Origin: Chitinophagaceae bacterium
GTDB taxonomy: Bacteria > Bacteroidota > Bacteroidia > Chitinophagales > Chitinophagaceae
Direction: 5' to 3'
NCBI GenBank assembly: GCA_044233655.1
Contig: JBIIJQ010000004.1
Coordinates: 16,079 to 80,078 of the forward strand
Length of the DNA stretch: 64,000 bases
Shown here: one piece after another, positions 10,114 through 21,140 of the stretch
How the letters are laid out: every line of letters begins with the position of its first letter
Position numbering within the stretch: the first letter of the stretch is position 1
Made by a program: the position numbers and the translations under genes
The notes under the pieces: model-generated
What the model was told of the DNA's origin: nothing
Databases searched by the model: none
The model's input: only the letters and a program-made list of their open reading frames with translations

Positions 10114-11184
10114 ATGTCAAACAAAGTATTCGAACTTATGAAAGATATGGAACACGAGCAAGTCGTGTTTTGTCATGATCCAAAATCAAATCTAAAAGCA
10201 ATAATCGCTATACACAATACAACACTTGGGCCTGCACTAGGAGGAACTCGTATGTGGAATTATGCATCAGATGATGACGCTGTCGTAGATGCATTGCGCT
10301 TATCACGTGGTATGTCCTACAAAGCGGCTATCTCAGGGTTAAATCTTGGAGGTGGTAAAGCGGTTATTATTGGAGATCCTGCTTTAAAAAGCGAAGCGTT
10401 GTGGCGACGATATGGCAAGTTTGTAAACTCGCTTAATGGTAAATATATCACAGCCGAAGATGTGAATACTTCTGCAAGTGATATGGAGTTCATTCACTTG
10501 GAAACAAAACATGTTACTGGTATTCCAGAATATATGGGAGGAAGTGGAGATCCTTCTCCATTTACTGCCTATGGTGTATTTGTAGGTATGAAAGCGTGTG
10601 CTCAAAAACATTGGGGCAATGATAGTTTAGCCGGAAAAAAAGTGATGGTACAAGGCGTAGGTCATGTTGGTCAATATTTAGTAGGACATTTAACCGAAGC
10701 TGGAGCCAAGGTGTATATCACCGATATTAATGAAGCTCGTATCAAAGAAACAGTTGATAAATATAAAGCAGAATATGTAGAACCTTCGAAAATGTTAGAT
10801 ATGGAGTTAGATATATACGCACCATGTGCATTGGGTGCAACCGTCAATTCGGAAACGATTCCAATGTTGAAATGCCCTATCATTGCTGGCGCTGCCAATA
10901 ATCAATTAGCAGTTGAAAAAGAACATGGTCGTCAATTAATTGAAAAAGGAATTATCTATGCACCTGATTTTTTAATCAATGCAGGAGGGCTTATAAATGT
11001 AGCTGCAGAAGCAGATGGTTCATATAACCGTGAGAAAGTAACCAAGGATGTAGAGAAAATTTATCAACGTATTTTAGATATTTTCACTTTGTCTGAAACA
11101 GAAAATATTACAACCCAAGAAGCAGCAATGAAAATTGCTCAAAAACGAATTGATGATATTGCAAATGTGAAATCAAGATTGTAA
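10114..11184 (+). CDS. Leu/Phe/Val dehydrogenase (Glu/Leu/Phe/Val dehydrogenase family)
   Basis: 356 aa. Contains LGPALGGTRMW, the catalytic-Lys region LNLGGGKAVI and the Rossmann motif VQGVGHVG. Confidence 0.85.
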   Translation: MSNKVFELMKDMEHEQVVFCHDPKSNLKAIIAIHNTTLGPALGGTRMWNYASDDDAVVDALRLSRGMSYKAAISGLNLGGGKAVIIGDPALKSEALWRRYGKFVNSLNGKYITAEDVNTSASDMEFIHLETKHVTGIPEYMGGSGDPSPFTAYGVFVGMKACAQKHWGNDSLAGKKVMVQGVGHVGQYLVGHLTEAGAKVYITDINEARIKETVDKYKAEYVEPSKMLDMELDIYAPCALGATVNSETIPMLKCPIIAGAANNQLAVEKEHGRQLIEKGIIYAPDFLINAGGLINVAAEADGSYNREKVTKDVEKIYQRILDIFTLSETENITTQEAAMKIAQKRIDDIANVKSRL

Positions 11185-11206
11185 TAAAAGGATTTGCATA
11201 TATTAT

Positions 11207-11236
11207 TAAAAGCCCGAATTTGATGTTCGGGCTTTT
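11207..11236. terminator. Bidirectional stem-loop terminator between convergent genes
   Basis: AAAAGCCCGAA-N8-TTCGGGCTTTT, an 11-bp perfect stem flanked by A and T runs. Confidence 0.75.
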
Positions 11237-11271
11237 ATTATCAGTCAATACTTATATAATATTATCAGAGA

Positions 11272-13050
11272 TTATTGTGTTCTATTGACTCTAAATGTAC
11301 ATTTTACATTTCTATCAGGAATGTTTAAGCCTTTAATATTTCCATTAAAACTGCCTTCAATTTTACCTCCTATAGCTTCATATTTTGTTAATGTTACTGG
11401 TATGATCGTATTGATATATGAATTTGTAGTGTCATTTAAAAGGTCGTAATCTAAATGGTCGCCATAATGAACTAAATAATGATTGCCATTCATTGATTGT
11501 GCACCATCGAATGCGAAAGCTATTGCTTTAGTTGTAAAAGAATCAGCAGCACCTATTCCATTTAAGCTTGGTCCAAAATCTAAGGTTAATCCGCCTTCAA
11601 AAACCCCTTTAATATCTGTTATTGTATAACTCGTTTTAACCCCATTGATCGTATTTTCGCATTTTACAAATTGATCATATGCATTGCCACATGCTATTAA
11701 ATTTCCTACATTGTTTAGCCCTGAGTTTAAACTGTAATTAGTTTCTGACCCAAAGACTTCTTCGTCAAAATCATAAGGAATCAATTTTACGTTAATTGGG
11801 GTAATGCATTCTATTGTAGAATTAAAAAAAATTCCATTACTTGATGCTTTAATGAATTTAACATTGTTGTTATGTTTGTACTTGACATATCCATTGGTGC
11901 AAATTTCATTCGTACAGTTTAATATTGTACCTGTAATGATGACTTGATTTGGAGTTGGTACGTTTACAATAATATTGTTCAAACTTAAATTTGCAGTTGT
12001 TGTAGTTATATTTTGAGAATAAAAAATTGTATTACATTCTAAAGTAAATAATTCTAAAAATAAGTTAGCATTCTCTGGAATCATACCATTCACTTTTCCT
12101 TGTGAATTTGTTATACTGTATCTAATAGTAGAGTTTGCAGTATTGGTTATTTTTACAATAACATTCGTTTGAGGTGTCCCATTTGTATTTTTAAAAGTGG
12201 CTTCAAATTGAATAAAATTGCCAGGTACATCACAATTCCAAAATGAAAAGTGCGACACAGAACCCACATATTCATTTCCTTGCTTTTGCGCAAAGCCTTC
12301 TTCTTTCCACATACCTGTTGTTCCGTCAAAATGCCAAAGTGGAATTGTCGTTGGGGCATTACTACTCAATGAAGAAGGAATCGGAAACGTAATTTGAGCA
12401 TTATATCCAGATGCTATTTGCAAAGCTTGATTATTGTCATCATAGAGTTCTGCACCTATCATACCATACGATTCAAGCAGTTTTTCATTATCATTACTGT
12501 CTTGACCTCGCAATGCGCCTGGTATCAATTCACCCAGTTTATCCGATGTAGGGTCTATCCACGATGAATATACTGTGACATTTCCACTGTAAGGGGCTCC
12601 AGTACTTTTATTGACAATTGAATTTGCTGCAAAGATAATCGTACCTCCTCCATTGACTTGTACTAAACCACCAGTAGTAGCATTGAAATTGGAAGGATTT
12701 TTTTTCTCAATCAGTCTTATTTTAGTGTAATTGTCTTGGTTTGCTATGATATTCATCGTACGGTAACCATTAAAGTAATTTGGTTTTGTTACTTCTAACG
12801 TTGTTTTATTCTTTGAAGTACTGATTTGCATAAATAGAAAAAACCCATCAGAGTCTGTAATGCATGTATGTGTATTGGTTTTTACGATAGCTCCAAGTAT
12901 TGGGTTGCCATTTTCATCTATAACCTGTCCAACTATATCTGCAGTTACATTGAGATTGTATGAAGTTGGATTAGGTATATTATTTTTCTTATTGCATGAA
13001 ATCATGATCGCAATAGAAAAAAGAGCTAAATAAAAAACGAATTTCTTCAT
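11272..13050 (-). CDS. Lipoprotein with an N-terminal carboxypeptidase-regulatory-like domain
   Basis: 592 aa. Lipobox-like MISCNKK. IVGQVIDENGNPILGAIVKTNTHTCITDSDGFFLF is a CarboxypepD_reg-type motif. The rest is unassigned. Confidence 0.55.
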   Translation of the reverse strand: MKKFVFYLALFSIAIMISCNKKNNIPNPTSYNLNVTADIVGQVIDENGNPILGAIVKTNTHTCITDSDGFFLFMQISTSKNKTTLEVTKPNYFNGYRTMNIIANQDNYTKIRLIEKKNPSNFNATTGGLVQVNGGGTIIFAANSIVNKSTGAPYSGNVTVYSSWIDPTSDKLGELIPGALRGQDSNDNEKLLESYGMIGAELYDDNNQALQIASGYNAQITFPIPSSLSSNAPTTIPLWHFDGTTGMWKEEGFAQKQGNEYVGSVSHFSFWNCDVPGNFIQFEATFKNTNGTPQTNVIVKITNTANSTIRYSITNSQGKVNGMIPENANLFLELFTLECNTIFYSQNITTTTANLSLNNIIVNVPTPNQVIITGTILNCTNEICTNGYVKYKHNNNVKFIKASSNGIFFNSTIECITPINVKLIPYDFDEEVFGSETNYSLNSGLNNVGNLIACGNAYDQFVKCENTINGVKTSYTITDIKGVFEGGLTLDFGPSLNGIGAADSFTTKAIAFAFDGAQSMNGNHYLVHYGDHLDYDLLNDTTNSYINTIIPVTLTKYEAIGGKIEGSFNGNIKGLNIPDRNVKCTFRVNRTQ

Positions 13051-13185
13051 ATAAAAAAGGTTTTGTTAAAGTATGACGAAGAGCATTTGATATATGTTAG
13101 CGTCTTATGGATTTATATTCTTTTCGATACTATTATGTTTTGCGGTAACCAGTAAGCGCTTAAACTATATGTTGATCGTGTATTA

Positions 13186-13227
13186 AAAAACAACGCCCGA
13201 ACAATCTGTTCGGGCGTTGTTTTTTTT
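13186..13227 (-). terminator. Rho-independent terminator after the ftsH-LUD operon
   Basis: CAACGCCCGAAC-N6-GTTCGGGCGTTG with T or A runs on both sides. Confidence 0.7.
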
Positions 13228-13240
13228 AATAAAAAATGTT

Positions 13241-13897
13241 TTACTTTTTCCAATGTTTATCAATCAAAAATATATACACTTCTTTCGGTCCATGTACTCC
13301 TACCACCAGTGTTTTTTCTATATCAGCTGTACGACTAGGACCAGTGGTCAAACTCATCATAGAAGGTAATTGATTATTGTATTTTTCTTTCAGTAAAGAA
13401 ATAGCATTGCTTATATCCCATACCAATTGATTGGTAAAGGCTATTGTAATATGAATAGGAGAGTATACAGGTAATGATCGCCCATAATCTTGTCCCGAAC
13501 TCATAATTGCACTACCTGTACGAGCTATCAAGCATTCGCACAAAGATAAGCCCACTTCAAGGTCGTGCATATCACCAGCAGGTTGAATGAATTCGATATT
13601 ATTTTCTTTAAATAAATTTAATAAAAATTGATCACGTGTATGAATGCTGCTCCATTTCATCGTATCGGCCAATGCTTCGAGTTGCTGAATCATATCGGCC
13701 TCATCGCTACAGTACACAAACTTTCCACCAAGTTTAGTAAACTCTTCTGCAAATTTTTCTTCTAAACTTATATCCGTTTTTGCAAAAAAATCGTGCACTT
13801 TTTCTGATTCGGGAAAAGGCATAGGAACAGCATTTTCACTCAATGCCTTGCGGATAGTGTTTAATATTGTTTCGCGCGATTGTCCAGACATATTCAA
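13241..13897 (-). CDS. LUD domain (LutC/YkgG-like) protein
   Basis: 218 aa. The length and overall pattern are those of LutC-family proteins, and it is tightly linked to ftsH. Confidence 0.6.
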   Translation of the reverse strand: MNMSGQSRETILNTIRKALSENAVPMPFPESEKVHDFFAKTDISLEEKFAEEFTKLGGKFVYCSDEADMIQQLEALADTMKWSSIHTRDQFLLNLFKENNIEFIQPAGDMHDLEVGLSLCECLIARTGSAIMSSGQDYGRSLPVYSPIHITIAFTNQLVWDISNAISLLKEKYNNQLPSMMSLTTGPSRTADIEKTLVVGVHGPKEVYIFLIDKHWKK

Positions 13898-13905
13898 TAC
13901 ATTTA

Positions 13906-15957
13906 TTAAGATTCAGTTGATTCGTTTGTAGGGAGTGCAGGTTCAGTTTTTATTTCAGCTTCATTTGATATGATTGGTGCAATAGTCGTTGCATCATCGT
14001 GGATTGAATGTTCTTCAAATGGACGTTTGCCTATAAGTCGCTCCAAATCATCTTTGTACAAAACTTCTTTTTGAAGCAATGCCTCAGCAATCATTTTCAC
14101 TTCTGGCATACGCTCGGTTAATAATTTCTTGACTCTATTGTAAGCATTTTCTGATAATAGTCTTACTTCATCATCAATCATTCTACCAGTTTCTTCAGAG
14201 TAAGGTTTTTGAAATGAACCTTCGCTTTGCGGATCGTAAAACGAAATATTGCCCAATTTTTCATTCATGCCATATACACTTACCATCGAATAAGCCATTT
14301 TGGTTACTTGTTGTAAATCGGATAATGCTCCTGTCGATATTTTACCGAAAACTAATTCTTCCACTGCACGCCCACCCAATGCCATCGCCATACGATCTTC
14401 TAATTCTTCTTTTAAGGTCAAGTATTTTTCTTTTGGTAAGTATTGAGCATAACCCAATGCAGCCTCACCACGTGGCACAATCGTAACTTTTACCAATGGG
14501 TAAGCATATTCTAAGAACCATCCAGATACAGCATGGCCTGCTTCGTGATAAGCAATTACTTTTTTCTCGTCGGGCGAAATAATTTTACTTCGTTTCTCAA
14601 GCCCACCAATGATACGATCAACGGCATCATTGAAATCATCAATGTTTACTTCGGTTTTACCTTTACGTGCAGCTATCAAGGCTGCTTCGTTACATACATT
14701 GGCGATATCAGCACCGGCAAAACCTGGTGTCTGGGCTGCCAATTTATGAATATCCAAATCGGCAGATGTTTTTAATTTTTTCAAATGTACTTTGAATATA
14801 TCTTCACGACCCGAAAGGTCTGGAATGTCGATTGATATCTGACGATCAAAACGTCCTGGACGTAACAAGGCTGTATCCAATACGTCAGGTCGATTCGTAG
14901 CAGCTAATACAATAATGCCACTATCGCCGCCGAAGCCATCCATCTCTACCAATAGTTGGTTCAATGTGTTTTCACGTTCGTCGTTGGTCATCATTTGATT
15001 TTTACCTCTTGCACGTCCTATTGCATCTATCTCATCGATGAAAATAATACAAGGAGATTTTTCACGAGCTTGTTTGAAAAGATCTCTAACACGACTAGCA
15101 CCTACACCTACAAACATTTCTACGAAATCAGAGCCACTCATACTAAAGAAAGGAACTTGTGCTTCACCAGCCATGGCTTTTGCCAACAAGGTTTTACCTG
15201 TACCAGGAGGACCTACTAGCAAACAACCTTTTGGTATTTTACCACCAAGTGCAGTATATTTTTTAGGATTTTTCAAAAAGTCTACCACTTCCATTACTTC
15301 TACTTTGGCTTCGTCAAGACCAGCTACATCATTGAATGTTATATTCACTTTAGTGCCTTTTTCAAATAACTGTGCCTTGGATTTCCCGATACTGAATATA
15401 CCTCCAGCGCCACCACCATTGGCACCACCGCCCATTTTACGCATGATGAGTATCCATAGTCCTACCATGATTACAATAGGTAATATGATTTGTAATAAAA
15501 AGCCAAGCCATCCGCTTTTAGCATCTTCGGCATAGGTGATTTGCACTTTGTCGTTGATTGAGAAATCCTTTTGAGCTTCTGTCATATCATCGCGAAACTG
15601 CTCATAATTACCAATGCTAAATGAGTAATGTGGTCCTTTTTCTTTTCCTTTTAATTCTTTTAATAAGGCAGCATATTCAGGTTTGCGAAGACTATCGGCT
15701 TTGAGAAATACTTCTACCGATTTGTTGAATACAACCATACTATCAACCAATTTCTTTTGAATAAAATTTTTATTGATCGTTTGAAAAGATTCTTCTTTGG
15801 TATTTTGCGCAAAATCTTTGCCCCAAAAGTTCATGACAAGTAAAGCCACAGCAAACAATCCATAAATCCAATATAGATTAAACTTAGGGCCTTTGCGCTG
15901 AGGTGAATTGGGATTTGAATTGCCCGTATTGATAGGATGTTTTTTATTTTCTTCCAT
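13906..15957 (-). CDS. ftsH: ATP-dependent zinc metalloprotease FtsH
   Basis: 683 aa with two N-terminal TM segments, Walker A GPPGTGKT, Walker B IIFIDEID, and zinc motif HEAGHA. Confidence 0.97.
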   Translation of the reverse strand: MEENKKHPINTGNSNPNSPQRKGPKFNLYWIYGLFAVALLVMNFWGKDFAQNTKEESFQTINKNFIQKKLVDSMVVFNKSVEVFLKADSLRKPEYAALLKELKGKEKGPHYSFSIGNYEQFRDDMTEAQKDFSINDKVQITYAEDAKSGWLGFLLQIILPIVIMVGLWILIMRKMGGGANGGGAGGIFSIGKSKAQLFEKGTKVNITFNDVAGLDEAKVEVMEVVDFLKNPKKYTALGGKIPKGCLLVGPPGTGKTLLAKAMAGEAQVPFFSMSGSDFVEMFVGVGASRVRDLFKQAREKSPCIIFIDEIDAIGRARGKNQMMTNDERENTLNQLLVEMDGFGGDSGIIVLAATNRPDVLDTALLRPGRFDRQISIDIPDLSGREDIFKVHLKKLKTSADLDIHKLAAQTPGFAGADIANVCNEAALIAARKGKTEVNIDDFNDAVDRIIGGLEKRSKIISPDEKKVIAYHEAGHAVSGWFLEYAYPLVKVTIVPRGEAALGYAQYLPKEKYLTLKEELEDRMAMALGGRAVEELVFGKISTGALSDLQQVTKMAYSMVSVYGMNEKLGNISFYDPQSEGSFQKPYSEETGRMIDDEVRLLSENAYNRVKKLLTERMPEVKMIAEALLQKEVLYKDDLERLIGKRPFEEHSIHDDATTIAPIISNEAEIKTEPALPTNESTES

Positions 15958-15978
15958 TGTTTGTAATTACAAAGTAAT

Positions 15979-16383
15979 TTATTTCTTAAGTTCGTTGTGT
16001 TCTTTTTGTTCTGCATCATGCCATAGGTCTTCGATGGCATAAAAGCCTCTCACGTCAGGCGTCATGCAATGTACTACTACATTTACATAATCGACTAGGA
16101 TCCATTTTTCGCCCGATTTGCCTTCAAACTTGAATGGTTTTTCACCACATTCTTGCTGTACCATTTTTTCAATGTTGTCTGCTATAGCCTTAATCAGATT
16201 GGGATTACTTCCTTCGCATACAATAAAAAAGTCGGCAACAGCCTCTGGTATTTTTTTAAGATTGATTGAAATGATTTCTTCACCTTTTTTTTCGTGAATC
16301 GCCGCTATGATTGTTTTGATAAGTTTACTATTGAGTGTGAGTCTCGGTAGTTTTTTGGGCGTTGGGTCTGTAACTGTTTTCAA
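15979..16383 (-). CDS. rsfS: Ribosome silencing factor RsfS
   Basis: 134 aa. DFFIVCEG.N........I...........EG....WILVDY..VVVH.M....R.FY.IE.LW is the RsfS/iojap pattern. Confidence 0.85.
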   Translation of the reverse strand: MKTVTDPTPKKLPRLTLNSKLIKTIIAAIHEKKGEEIISINLKKIPEAVADFFIVCEGSNPNLIKAIADNIEKMVQQECGEKPFKFEGKSGEKWILVDYVNVVVHCMTPDVRGFYAIEDLWHDAEQKEHNELKK

Positions 16384-16451
16384 GTATATAAAATAATTTT
16401 TTGTTATGTTGCGTTAATTAAATAATTTACAAAGCTAAACAAAAGTACTGA

Positions 16452-17204
16452 ATGCCGAAAATATCGCCCATAGGAGATGTAATCATTGAATTAACTGATA
16501 TAGACAGTACCAATAACTATGCCATGCGACTGATTAATGAAGGAATGGCAGAACATGGGATGGCTATAAGGGCCGATTTTCAAACCCATGGTAAAGGGCA
16601 GCTGGGAAATGTATGGCAAGCCGAGGAAAGTAAAAACCTGCTTTTGTCTGTGATACTAGATACGCAACACTTTGCTATCGAGAATCAATTCTATTTGAAT
16701 GCAGCCGCTTGCCTTTCGGTAGCCGATATGCTTATGACAAAGTACGATTTAAGGGATGTCAGTATTAAGTGGCCAAATGACATATATGCAGGGAATAAGA
16801 AAATAGCGGGTATTTTGATCGAAAACAACATTCGTGGTAATTCTTGGACCAATGCCATTATCGGCATAGGATTAAATGTAAATCAAACGCAATTTGCCGA
16901 TTTAAATCGTGCTACATCTATTTTATTGGAGAATGAAAAAAAAGTAAAGATTAATCAGGTATTGAAAAACTTGCTCAAAAGCTTGAATAATTACTACAAA
17001 TCGCTCAGTGCCAATTACAATGACGTGCTGAATAGTTATAATCAATTACTGATGGGGTATCATACAGAGATTGTATTTAAACGCAATTATGAAATGGAAA
17101 AAGGCTTTTTAAATGGAGTGGATGAGATGGGTATGTTTGAAATAACACAAGGCACTAAAACCAAAAAGTTTAAACACAAAGAGATTGAACAGGTGATAGG
17201 GTAG
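16452..17204 (+). CDS. birA: Biotin--[acetyl-CoA-carboxylase] ligase
   Basis: 250 aa. Contains QTHGKGQLGNVW (GRGRxG-type loop variant) and KWPNDIY...KIAGILIE. There is no N-terminal HTH, so it is class I. Confidence 0.85.
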   Translation: MPKISPIGDVIIELTDIDSTNNYAMRLINEGMAEHGMAIRADFQTHGKGQLGNVWQAEESKNLLLSVILDTQHFAIENQFYLNAAACLSVADMLMTKYDLRDVSIKWPNDIYAGNKKIAGILIENNIRGNSWTNAIIGIGLNVNQTQFADLNRATSILLENEKKVKINQVLKNLLKSLNNYYKSLSANYNDVLNSYNQLLMGYHTEIVFKRNYEMEKGFLNGVDEMGMFEITQGTKTKKFKHKEIEQVIG

Positions 17205-17255
17205 GGAAAGTTTTTTCATTTTTTTGAAGCTGAGCAATAGATACATTATGTAGCT

Positions 17256-17300
17256 ACTTCGCGCTATCCGTCGCGCACGGCGCTTCCTCCTATCGCGGCT
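17256..17300. repeat. GC-rich palindromic element at the left edge of the island
   Basis: ACTTCGCGCTATCCGTCGCGCACGGCGCTTCCTCCTATCGCGGCT has an inner hairpin CCGT-CGCGC-ACGG and outer arms CGCGCTA / TATCGCG. It is about 65% GC in an AT-rich spacer. Its 3' part resembles the head of the B family. Confidence 0.4.
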
Positions 17301-17439
17301 AAAATTCAGGGACATGTTCTTTATTGAGCTGATGAATGCAAAAGGCTTTGCTTAAAAGCTAAAGTCTTCCATTTATTTACACATTTAAGGATTCTTCAAA
17401 ACTGAATATTATGATTATCAGACGCTATTTTTGATAGCA

Positions 17440-20400
17440 TCAAATTTGACCACCAACCCCTTTAAACTTTTCTACAAACGAAGCAATCTTTTGAAAAACA
17501 CGTTGCTTTAATGTCAAGTATTGAGGATTCAAAGGACTCATTTTTGGTAATATCGTATTGAGTTCTGTTCCGTTTTCACTAGCATATTCACGTTTTAAAG
17601 AAGTAGAAATATATCTCTTTGCTTCTTCTTCGTTTAAATTCTCATCTACAATTAATTCTTTTGCTTCTGTTTTCAATTTGCCTTGTGCATAAGCATAGAA
17701 TGAATCTAAAATAGTTGCTTTATCTTGAATTACATCAAGGTCAGTTTCATTAATAAAATCAATAACCATACTCTCTTTTGCTCTGTTGCCTATACTAGCA
17801 CGAATAACCCTGCGAATTTCTTCTACCAATGCAACTTTATCCTTGGTCTTTTTATTATGCTCAAAAATGAGTTCCAAAATATAATCCAAGTTTATTTCTT
17901 GCGACTTCAATAAATCCACTTCAAACACCACATCATCCCAATCTATTGTTGACGCTTCTGCTTCTTTACCTTGTTTCTCACGCCTTAACCAATCTCGAAT
18001 ATCATTATATGTTGAACGATAATCTTGAATCGTTCTTTCTGGTAGCAATTCAATATTTTGCATTGAAGCTATCTGCTCGTCTGTAACAAAATGAGTTTCT
18101 TTAAATGCTTCAACTGCTTCCTGATCATTGAGGTCAATGCTTTGAAGTGCTTTTAGATTAGTAAATTCATCATAATTCTGTAAGATGTTTTCGACTCGTA
18201 AGTACTCGCCAAATAATTTCGAAAACTCTTTTTTATCTTTTTCAGTAGCAATTTCATCAGGGTTAGGAAACTTTTCATTTAACTCATTTACCAATTCATT
18301 GTATCCTCTGCGAGCTTCACCTGTGGCAATGTCTGTAAAGCCTTCCAAATATTCTTTATAACTTTTTTCAAGCACTACGTTCTTTGTGTTACTATTTCCA
18401 AATAGCGTAATAGCTTCAATGGTTGCTTTTTCTAAATCTCTAAACGTAACAATATTGCCAAAGGTTTTGGTAGCATCATAAATACGATTGGTTCGAGAAA
18501 ATGCTTGTATTAAACCATGATAACGCAAATTCTTATCTACAAAAATGGTATTAAGCTCTGGTGCATCAAAGCCAGTAAGAAACATCCCCACTACAATGAG
18601 AAAGTCTACTTTTTCTTCAGGTGGAAGTTTTTTGTTTTGACTATCTCTTCCTTTTACACGTTTCGCAAGGTCTTTATAGTAGTTCTGAAACTCTTTGCTT
18701 TCAACACCATAATTCATGTTAAACATGACGTTATAGTCATTAATTGCCTTGGTCAGAAACTCTTTAGCACTGCTGTCCATAGCCGAAGGCTCAAAGCTTT
18801 CATCTAAAATTTCACCGATAGCATGTTGTTCTTCGTTAGCAGCAAAAGAAAAGATAGTGGCTATTTTTAGCGGCTTGTCGCTTCCTTTTTGCAAACGATT
18901 AAATTCCTCATAATAACATTTAGCAGCATCCACACTACTCACAGCAAACATGGCATTAAAGCCTATATTACTACCTTGATTTCTTTTTGTTTTATATTTA
19001 TAATTCTGTAAAATATATTTAGAAATTTCAGTAATACGTGCAGGATGCAAAAATGCTTTTTTATTTTCTGCTGCACTTAGTTTCTTTTCATCTTGTTCTT
19101 TTTCTATATCCTTAAACTTTGGTCGCACATCATTGTAGTCAACTTTAAACTTCAATACTTTTTCATCTCTAATGGCATCTGTAATTACATATGAATGCAA
19201 CTCTCTACCAAATACACTGGCTGTAGTTTCAGACCCTAATGCATTTTGTGGAAAGATAGGCGTTCCTGTAAAACCAAATTGATAGAACTTTTTAAATTTT
19301 TTTTGAAGGTTTTGTTGCGCCTCACCAAATTGAGAGCGATGCGCTTCATCAAATATAAATACCACTTGCTTGTTATAGATAGCTAAATCATTTTCACTTT
19401 TCATTAAGTGATTTAGTTTTTGAATCGTAGTGACAATAATTTTATTATCATCTTTTTCAATATTTCGTTTCAAACCTGCTGTACTATCAGAACCATTTAC
19501 ACTATCGGGCGAAAATTTTTGATATTCTTTCATGGTTTGATAGTCTAAATCTTTTCTATCAACCACAAAAAATACTTTATCAATATAATCCAATTGTGTA
19601 GCTAATCGTGCTGCCTTAAAACTGGTTAATGTTTTGCCTGAACCTGTAGTGTGCCATATATAACCACCACCATCAATGCTCGATTGTTTTTTAGCTAAAT
19701 ATGAACTTTCTATTTTCCATAAAATTCGTTCAGTAGCTGCTATTTGATAAGGACGCATTATCAGTAATGTATCGCTCGTGTCAAATACAGAATAAGTAAG
19801 CAATACTTTTAACAGTGTATTTTTCTCAAAAAAGGTTGCTGTGAAATCTTTTAAATCTTTTATCAACGAATTATCTGCCTTTGCCCAATTCATCGTAAAA
19901 TCAAAACTATTTTTATTTCGCTCAACTGTGTTGGCAAAATAACGGCTATCAGTTCCGTTACTAATAACAAAAATTTGTAAGTATTTAAACAATGAATTTT
20001 TACTATTAAAACTCTCTTTGGTATAACGATGCACTTGATTAAACGCTTCACGAATAGCCACCCCTCGTTTTTTGAGTTCTACTTGAACCAATGGCAAACC
20101 ATTCACTAAAATAGTAACATCATATCGGTTGGCATGTTTACCTTTTTGTTCAAATTGGGCAATGACTTGTAGCTTATTACGAGTAATATTTTTCTTATCA
20201 ACTAAATAAATGTTTTGTATACGCCCATTGTCAAACACAAAATCATGAATATAGTTATCATGTATTTTTCTTGTTTTGTCTACCAAGCTATCACTGGGTT
20301 TATCTAAGTATTCCTCCAAAAACCGAGCCCATTCTCCATTGGTAAACTTCATATTATTTAGCGACTGAAGCTGTGTTCTTACATTATCAAACATGGCTTC

Positions 20401-20580
20401 TATGGTAGTAAGGTTAGTAGGGTTTTCATAACCTTGATTTACTAAGTCTTGAATAAACTCACGCTCCAAGGCATACTCTGTTTGATAGACAACAGGTGCT
20501 TCATTCAATTCTGAATGCTTGGTATATTTATCTAGTACGATAAAATTATTGGATTCTGCTATGGTGTTGTATGTGCTCAT
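17440..20580 (-). CDS. hsdR: Type I restriction enzyme R subunit
   Basis: 1046 aa. SF2 helicase motifs [11 protein letters not shown] and [10 protein letters not shown], an N-terminal nuclease region, and co-oriented hsdM/hsdS. Confidence 0.95.
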   Translation of the reverse strand: MSTYNTIAESNNFIVLDKYTKHSELNEAPVVYQTEYALEREFIQDLVNQGYENPTNLTTIEAMFDNVRTQLQSLNNMKFTNGEWARFLEEYLDKPSDSLVDKTRKIHDNYIHDFVFDNGRIQNIYLVDKKNITRNKLQVIAQFEQKGKHANRYDVTILVNGLPLVQVELKKRGVAIREAFNQVHRYTKESFNSKNSLFKYLQIFVISNGTDSRYFANTVERNKNSFDFTMNWAKADNSLIKDLKDFTATFFEKNTLLKVLLTYSVFDTSDTLLIMRPYQIAATERILWKIESSYLAKKQSSIDGGGYIWHTTGSGKTLTSFKAARLATQLDYIDKVFFVVDRKDLDYQTMKEYQKFSPDSVNGSDSTAGLKRNIEKDDNKIIVTTIQKLNHLMKSENDLAIYNKQVVFIFDEAHRSQFGEAQQNLQKKFKKFYQFGFTGTPIFPQNALGSETTASVFGRELHSYVITDAIRDEKVLKFKVDYNDVRPKFKDIEKEQDEKKLSAAENKKAFLHPARITEISKYILQNYKYKTKRNQGSNIGFNAMFAVSSVDAAKCYYEEFNRLQKGSDKPLKIATIFSFAANEEQHAIGEILDESFEPSAMDSSAKEFLTKAINDYNVMFNMNYGVESKEFQNYYKDLAKRVKGRDSQNKKLPPEEKVDFLIVVGMFLTGFDAPELNTIFVDKNLRYHGLIQAFSRTNRIYDATKTFGNIVTFRDLEKATIEAITLFGNSNTKNVVLEKSYKEYLEGFTDIATGEARRGYNELVNELNEKFPNPDEIATEKDKKEFSKLFGEYLRVENILQNYDEFTNLKALQSIDLNDQEAVEAFKETHFVTDEQIASMQNIELLPERTIQDYRSTYNDIRDWLRREKQGKEAEASTIDWDDVVFEVDLLKSQEINLDYILELIFEHNKKTKDKVALVEEIRRVIRASIGNRAKESMVIDFINETDLDVIQDKATILDSFYAYAQGKLKTEAKELIVDENLNEEEAKRYISTSLKREYASENGTELNTILPKMSPLNPQYLTLKQRVFQKIASFVEKFKGVGGQI

Positions 20581-20582
20581 AA

Positions 20583-20633
20583 TGTCTGAACTATGATTTA
20601 TTTGATTCTTGTGATATTTCTGATTTATATTTT
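20583..20633 (+). repeat. TGATT 9-nt-periodic array, left direct copy flanking the GxxExxY gene
   Basis: TGTCTGAACTATGATTTATTTGATTCTTGTGATATTTCTGATTTATATTTT is 41/51 identical to 21032-21082. The first 25 nt match 23/25. GATT recurs every 9 nt. Confidence 0.7.
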
Positions 20634-21010
20634 TTATTCGTTAATCGCTTGAAATTCAAACTCGTTTCTCCAAAATTTATCAATAGTCCAATTTCTAAAT
20701 TGTAAGCTTCTAAATAATTGATTGCTTGTGCAAAGTGCACATCTTCTAATTTTGTAATAGCTTTTAACTCAACAGAAATAATTCCTTCTACTAAAAAATC
20801 TACTCTTCTTGTTCCTATTAGTTGGTTGCGATAAAAAATAGGCATTTCAAATTCTCTGTTAAACGAAATACCCATTTGTAGCATTTCAATTTCTAATGCT
20901 CTTTGATAAATTACTTCTTGAAACCCATTGCCTAATGCTTTATGCACCGTCATTGCACAACCAATTATTTTAGATGTCAATTCAGAATATTTATATTGTT
21001 CGTTTATCAT
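20591..21010 (-). CDS. GxxExxY protein (PD-(D/E)XK-like small protein)
   Basis: 139 aa. Contains [29 protein letters not shown] (GxxExxY motif: GFQEVIY) and ...[13 protein letters not shown]. It is inserted between hsdS and hsdR. Confidence 0.85.
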   Translation of the reverse strand: MINEQYKYSELTSKIIGCAMTVHKALGNGFQEVIYQRALEIEMLQMGISFNREFEMPIFYRNQLIGTRRVDFLVEGIISVELKAITKLEDVHFAQAINYLEAYNLEIGLLINFGETSLNFKRLTNKKYKSEISQESNKS

Positions 21011-21031
21011 GTACTTTGATTTTGTGTCAAT

Positions 21032-21082
21032 TGTCTCAACTATGATTTGTTTGATTATTTTGATTTATTTGATTTTCATTTT
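21032..21082 (+). repeat. TGATT 9-nt-periodic array, right direct copy
   Basis: TGTCTCAACTATGATTTGTTTGATTATTTTGATTTATTTGATTTTCATTTT, with GATT at 21044, 21053, 21062 and 21071. Confidence 0.7.
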
Positions 21083-21104
21083 TCTTTTCATTTTTTATCA
21101 CTCC

Positions 21105-21140
21105 ATAATCAACCTAATCATATAAATCACAATAATCATA
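21105..21140 (-). repeat. Inverted TGATT (AATC on the plus strand) 9-nt-periodic array
   Basis: TAATCAACC TAATCATAT AAATCACAA TAATCATAG: four units at 9-nt spacing, opposite in polarity to 21044-21074, and overlapping the hsdS stop. Confidence 0.6.

Noticed and set aside
14214-15535. Plus-strand ORFs inside ftsH (including 15038-15535, 165 aa), and similarly the minus-strand ORFs inside dnaK (57073-58662)
   Set aside because: They are antisense to strongly recognisable housekeeping genes, and their products are low-complexity with no motifs.
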